A stretch of DNA of 64,000 bases, taken from Candidatus Oxydemutatoraceae bacterium (GTDB lineage Bacteria > Pseudomonadota > Gammaproteobacteria > Poriferisulfidales > Oxydemutatoraceae). The DNA lies in assembly GCA_965218975.1 (NCBI GenBank), contig OZ244717.1, forward strand, positions 1 through 64,000, in the 5' to 3' direction. A program made the position numbers and the translations under genes. The notes beneath the pieces were generated by a model, which saw only the letters and a program-made list of their open reading frames with translations, was not told where the DNA came from and ran no database searches. Below are positions 60,283 through 64,000 of the stretch, in pieces (position 1 is the first letter of the stretch; every line of letters begins with the position of its first letter).

Positions 60283-61410
60283 ATGTTTAGACTACCGCTT
60301 TTAACGATCATTTTTTGGTTCGGTGCCGGACTGGGGCTTGGCTGGGCAATTAGTACTGCCTACCAAAGCCGCTCGCTATCAAACAATTTTCCTGCCCCTG
60401 CAGTCGTTCAGAAAGTACCGCCCAAACAAAATGTTGCGTTGCCTACTGACGATGAAAAAAGATTTCGTGATGCTATCGTCAGTATCTTAGAAAAACATGA
60501 AAACAGAAATATCCCGTCGGAAGAAATTTCTCTCAATGACAGAAGGATTTTAGAAAGCAACACACAAAATTTGATTGATAATAATATCAACGATGCACAA
60601 AACATCTTACATCGCTGGTTAGATTCCAATCCCTATGATCCGCAAGCGATGTTTTTAATGGCTCGAACTCACGCCGAAAAGCAAGAATATGAGAAAGCTT
60701 TGGAACTTGCTCTCATGCTAAAAACCGACCCGCAGATTACCGTGCCGGCCGAAACCATAGACACTTTTATCGATGAAATCGTAGTCTTACACACCGCTAA
60801 ACTGCGTGAAACAAAGCAACTTGATCGCCTGCTGTCAGTTTATCAGAAACTTGTATTGGAACTACCCGATCCGCAAAAATATTATTACCAATTGGCTCAA
60901 ATCCAGAACGACCTCAACCTCAACACCGATGCACTCACTTCACTCAACTACGTCTTATACGACTCGGTATGGGGGCAATTAGCTCAAAAGCTTGCGCAGG
61001 AAATTCAGATTAAACTTGACCTTGTCAATAAAATACAAGTCCCCCTTGAGCGAGCGGGAGAACAGTTTATCGTGATTGCGACAATCAATGGCATCGGTGG
61101 AATCAGGCTACTGATTGATACCGGAGCGTCAATGTGTATATTACGTCCTCAAACGGCGATTCAGATCGGGCTACCCGTGGAAGAAGGGCAGAATGTTTTG
61201 CTTTCCGTCGCATCCGGAGTGGCAAATGCTCGAAGTGTCACCCTTGACAGCATAGAAATCGGTGCAGCGCAGTTAAAGGATGTTTTAAGCAGCATTTTAG
61301 AAATGCCGCCGGGTATGAAAAGCGATGGTTTATTAGGAATGAATTTTCTTAGCCGTTTTAATTTCTTTATCGATCAAAATGATGCGGTACTCTACCTTGG
61401 CGCCCGATAG
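60283..61410 (+). CDS. TPR-containing retropepsin-like aspartic protease
   Basis: N-terminal TM/signal, TPR-like helices, LLIDTGAS, GLLGMNFL. Confidence 0.85.
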   Translation: MFRLPLLTIIFWFGAGLGLGWAISTAYQSRSLSNNFPAPAVVQKVPPKQNVALPTDDEKRFRDAIVSILEKHENRNIPSEEISLNDRRILESNTQNLIDNNINDAQNILHRWLDSNPYDPQAMFLMARTHAEKQEYEKALELALMLKTDPQITVPAETIDTFIDEIVVLHTAKLRETKQLDRLLSVYQKLVLELPDPQKYYYQLAQIQNDLNLNTDALTSLNYVLYDSVWGQLAQKLAQEIQIKLDLVNKIQVPLERAGEQFIVIATINGIGGIRLLIDTGASMCILRPQTAIQIGLPVEEGQNVLLSVASGVANARSVTLDSIEIGAAQLKDVLSSILEMPPGMKSDGLLGMNFLSRFNFFIDQNDAVLYLGAR

Positions 61411-61412
61411 GT

Positions 61413-62273
61413 TTGATATGCACCCTTATCGCAGATTCCGTCGATATTTGTCGTGACGTAAATCCGCCGGTTCTCTCCGTGACATCGCTCATTGATATTT
61501 GCTTTAACGCAACACACCACTCTTTTGCAAAGGACTTTGATACCGTAATCGCCGCAGCATATGCGGAAAATGTACAGCACATGATAGTGCCAGGTTCATC
61601 ATTATATGATAGCCAATGCGCTATTGAATTGTGTAAACAGCATCCCAAAAAATTCAGAGCGACAGTTGGTGTTCATCCCCACCTCGCCAAAGAGTGGAAC
61701 GAAAACACACCACAAAAGCTACACGCACTTGCACAGGATTCGACTGTTGTGGCAATCGGCGAAACCGGCCTCGACTATAACCGAAATCATTCTACTCCGG
61801 ATACCCAACGCCTGGTGTTCGAAAAACATATTGAATTGGCAACAGAAACCCAACTACCTTTGTTTTTGCATCAACGCGACGCGCACCAAGATTTTCTGGC
61901 ACTAATCACTCCTCACTACAGAGAATTAGCAGCTGCGGTTGTACATTGCTTTACCGGCGATGAACGGCAACTCGATGACTATCTCGAATTAAATTTTTAC
62001 ATCGGGATCACCGGGTGGATTTGCGATGAACGCAGAGGGAAACACCTGAAGAAAATTATTCCGAAAATCCCACCCTCTTCTCTGATGCTTGAAACGGACG
62101 CGCCTTATCTGCTTCCGCGATCGCTACCTCAACGCCCTGATCGCAATCGTAATGAACCAAGATTCTTAGCGCATATCGCGGAACAAGTAGCAATGCATTT
62201 AGACAAAGATATACAAGAATTAACGACGCAAACCACCGCCAATGCTCAGAGATTTTTTGGTTGGAATTTTTAA
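61413..62273 (+). CDS. tatD: TatD-family 3'-5' exonuclease
   Basis: TVGVHPH, IGETGLDY, LHQRDA, VHCFTG, GWICDERRG, ETDAPYL; start probably GTG at 61479. Confidence 0.92.
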   Translation: MICTLIADSVDICRDVNPPVLSVTSLIDICFNATHHSFAKDFDTVIAAAYAENVQHMIVPGSSLYDSQCAIELCKQHPKKFRATVGVHPHLAKEWNENTPQKLHALAQDSTVVAIGETGLDYNRNHSTPDTQRLVFEKHIELATETQLPLFLHQRDAHQDFLALITPHYRELAAAVVHCFTGDERQLDDYLELNFYIGITGWICDERRGKHLKKIIPKIPPSSLMLETDAPYLLPRSLPQRPDRNRNEPRFLAHIAEQVAMHLDKDIQELTTQTTANAQRFFGWNF

Positions 62274-62290
62274 GCGGGAAATGTAATAAG

Positions 62291-63304
62291 TCAAATATTC
62301 AGCGAAAGACGCTTTGTCGAATAACCATAATCTTCCAACAGCTTTAGCACACCTTGTTCGCCATATAAATGCAGTGCGCCCACCGCGATAAAGGCGTTTT
62401 CACGACGCAGAGGAGCGAGCATATGATGTGCCATCACATAATTTCGTTCAAACAAAACATTCTTCAAATAAACCATCTCGAACCCACGTTTAATTGATTC
62501 TTCCGAGATAAACATTACACTTAACTGCAACATTTTTTTCAAGTCCTCTTTTAAGTACGCTTCTAACATCCTCTCACTAAATATCGGCATATCATCATAA
62601 GCATTGATCCGATCATTCAGTAAGCTAATTTGCGCTTCCATCGGAAAATCATAATAAGCGGCAACCAATTCTTCCAAAGTCTCCACTTGATATAAGTCTT
62701 GCGCTTTATCGGCGGCCATTTCATACAACATATGGTCCAAAATCGGACCGCGGTTTTCTTGTACTGCAAACTTATGAGTACCAAGCTCATTCATAACCGC
62801 CCACGGATATAAGTGCATCAGTCGCTGTTGTTTAACACCCAATTTTTCAAGTTTTTTTTCAAGTTCGCGATAAAGATCTTCGCCGATTAAACTTGGCAGT
62901 GTTTGCCCCTCGGGCAAAGTCATATCCCGGATAATGCTACGAAATCCCCAGTGCGGGTTAAAATATCGCACTCCGGGAAATGCTTCCATACTGAAGCTCT
63001 TCGCCCGCAACAACTTTTTTCGAACATTAGATGGCAACGTTATGACACGTTTATCGTTCGAATGGAAGGTGCCAAAAATATAGCCGTCCGTCTTGCCGTC
63101 TTGTAAGACTTCCCAAAATATTCCCTGATTGAAACGCGACGCGGGTGTAGCCAACCGTTGTGCTGCTGGTATCGAATTCTTCTTAGTTGCTATCGTCATC
63201 TCCGCCAACGTAACACCGCCGGCAAATCCGAAGATCAGGTAAGTCATTAAAGCATATAGTACAAACGAACCGTGAAAAACCTTATTCTTTAACATTGTTT
63301 GCAT
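62291..63304 (-). CDS. TraB/GumN-family (TIKI-like) protein
   Basis: FW.V....YIFGTFH, ET.EE, ERN, FIAVGALHL.GE.GVL.LL. Confidence 0.88.
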   Translation of the reverse strand: MQTMLKNKVFHGSFVLYALMTYLIFGFAGGVTLAEMTIATKKNSIPAAQRLATPASRFNQGIFWEVLQDGKTDGYIFGTFHSNDKRVITLPSNVRKKLLRAKSFSMEAFPGVRYFNPHWGFRSIIRDMTLPEGQTLPSLIGEDLYRELEKKLEKLGVKQQRLMHLYPWAVMNELGTHKFAVQENRGPILDHMLYEMAADKAQDLYQVETLEELVAAYYDFPMEAQISLLNDRINAYDDMPIFSERMLEAYLKEDLKKMLQLSVMFISEESIKRGFEMVYLKNVLFERNYVMAHHMLAPLRRENAFIAVGALHLYGEQGVLKLLEDYGYSTKRLSLNI

Positions 63305-63478
63305 CGCTTTAGCAAAAAATTGTAAAAAACACCAAGCTAAATATCCACTCTGACAGCAAATTTATATTACGCCAGTTTTTTTTATCATACTTTATCTTTG
63401 GTAGACCTGCTATGAAAAAATCTCATATACATGAGATGAATGCGGTATTATAACCATGCCAATCTTTAGCGATTAGAC

Positions 63479-63515
63479 AAAAAAGTGCCGGTCGGCACTC
63501 AGTGCTAACCGGCAC
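63479..63515 (-). terminator. Intrinsic terminator after the alkB-like gene
   Basis: Minus strand GTGCCGGTTAGCAC-TGA-GTGCCGACCGGCAC followed by TTTTTT. Confidence 0.75.
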
Positions 63516-63553
63516 AAGGGAGGAACAAGTCAGTCACCGTAAAGTTGTCACCA

Positions 63554-64000
63554 TCAGACGTAACCGGCTTGTTTATTGATTGCTTCGGCAATCGCACGTT
63601 CGCCTTCTGAGGCTTCCTCTTCATCCCATTTCGCCAATTCTTGCTTCATCAGACGATGGAATAACAGCGGAAATAACGCCACCGCAAATAAGGTGAAGTA
63701 GCCTCGTTTCGTGTTTGGAGCCCCTACCTCGTCTAATTCCCAAAAATGCGTCTCGCCTCGATCATGATGATCCGCTTGTCTGCCGATCTCAATAAAAAAC
63801 CAACTCGTCAACATCGTCGTGTTGTCCCATGAGTGACGATAGTCTATCGGCTGACCTTTCTCGCGAATCAATCCGTAGTGCTCCAGGTAGTTCAATGCTT
63901 CCAACTCAAAGTTGGATACAATCCATACTACCGCCAGACAAGCCATACCGACCCAGCCGCCTACCAACCAAAACAAAAATATGCTCGGTAAACTCATCGC
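63554..64000 (-). CDS. AlkB/XylM-type membrane di-iron monooxygenase, 3' part (5' end outside window)
   Basis: NYLEHYGL (HYG motif), HSW, EIGRQADHH; frame open to the window edge. Confidence 0.85.
   Translation of the reverse strand, partial: AMSLPSIFLFWLVGGWVGMACLAVVWIVSNFELEALNYLEHYGLIREKGQPIDYRHSWDNTTMLTSWFFIEIGRQADHHDRGETHFWELDEVGAPNTKRGYFTLFAVALFPLLFHRLMKQELAKWDEEEASEGERAIAEAINKQAGYV

Noticed and set aside
1-64000. CRISPR arrays, rRNA, GlyGly-CTERM substrate genes
   Set aside because: No regularly spaced repeats or rRNA-like sequence seen; no ORF ends in the GG-TM-basic tail pattern, so any rhombosortase substrates must lie outside the window

Overview
Gammaproteobacterial chromosomal segment, mostly housekeeping genes in rearranged or shortened versions of familiar operons: icd/aceA, ilvH-ilvC-pssA, coaX-birA-tRNA-Thr, glnS, miaA-hfq, argG/pyrC-rnt-lptD-surA-pdxA-rsmA-apaG-apaH, lgt-thyA-folA, tungstate tupBCA, pepP-ubiH-ubiI, zapB-zapA-6S RNA. 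Highlights: (1) a ~17 kb minus-strand run with a type II secretion system (gspC-D-A-B-E-N) headed by a Wzy_C/TPR O-oligosaccharyltransferase-like gene and ended by a rhodanese and a rhombosortase, facing a divergent TPR-retropepsin protease. This is a candidate 'glycosylate, cleave/anchor, export' surface-protein system. (2) An 80-aa histone H1/protamine-like gene sits directly behind 6S RNA, where ygfA usually is. (3) An intact IS1634 element inserted into the last codons of icd and rewrote its C-terminus; the pre-insertion end can be reconstructed. (4) An IS1595 remnant and a frameshifted UDG-like pseudogene lie upstream of miaA. (5) A partial AlkB-type monooxygenase has a QxxHH third His box. 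All calls come from reading motifs and synteny by eye; no database searches were run. No CRISPR array or rRNA was seen.
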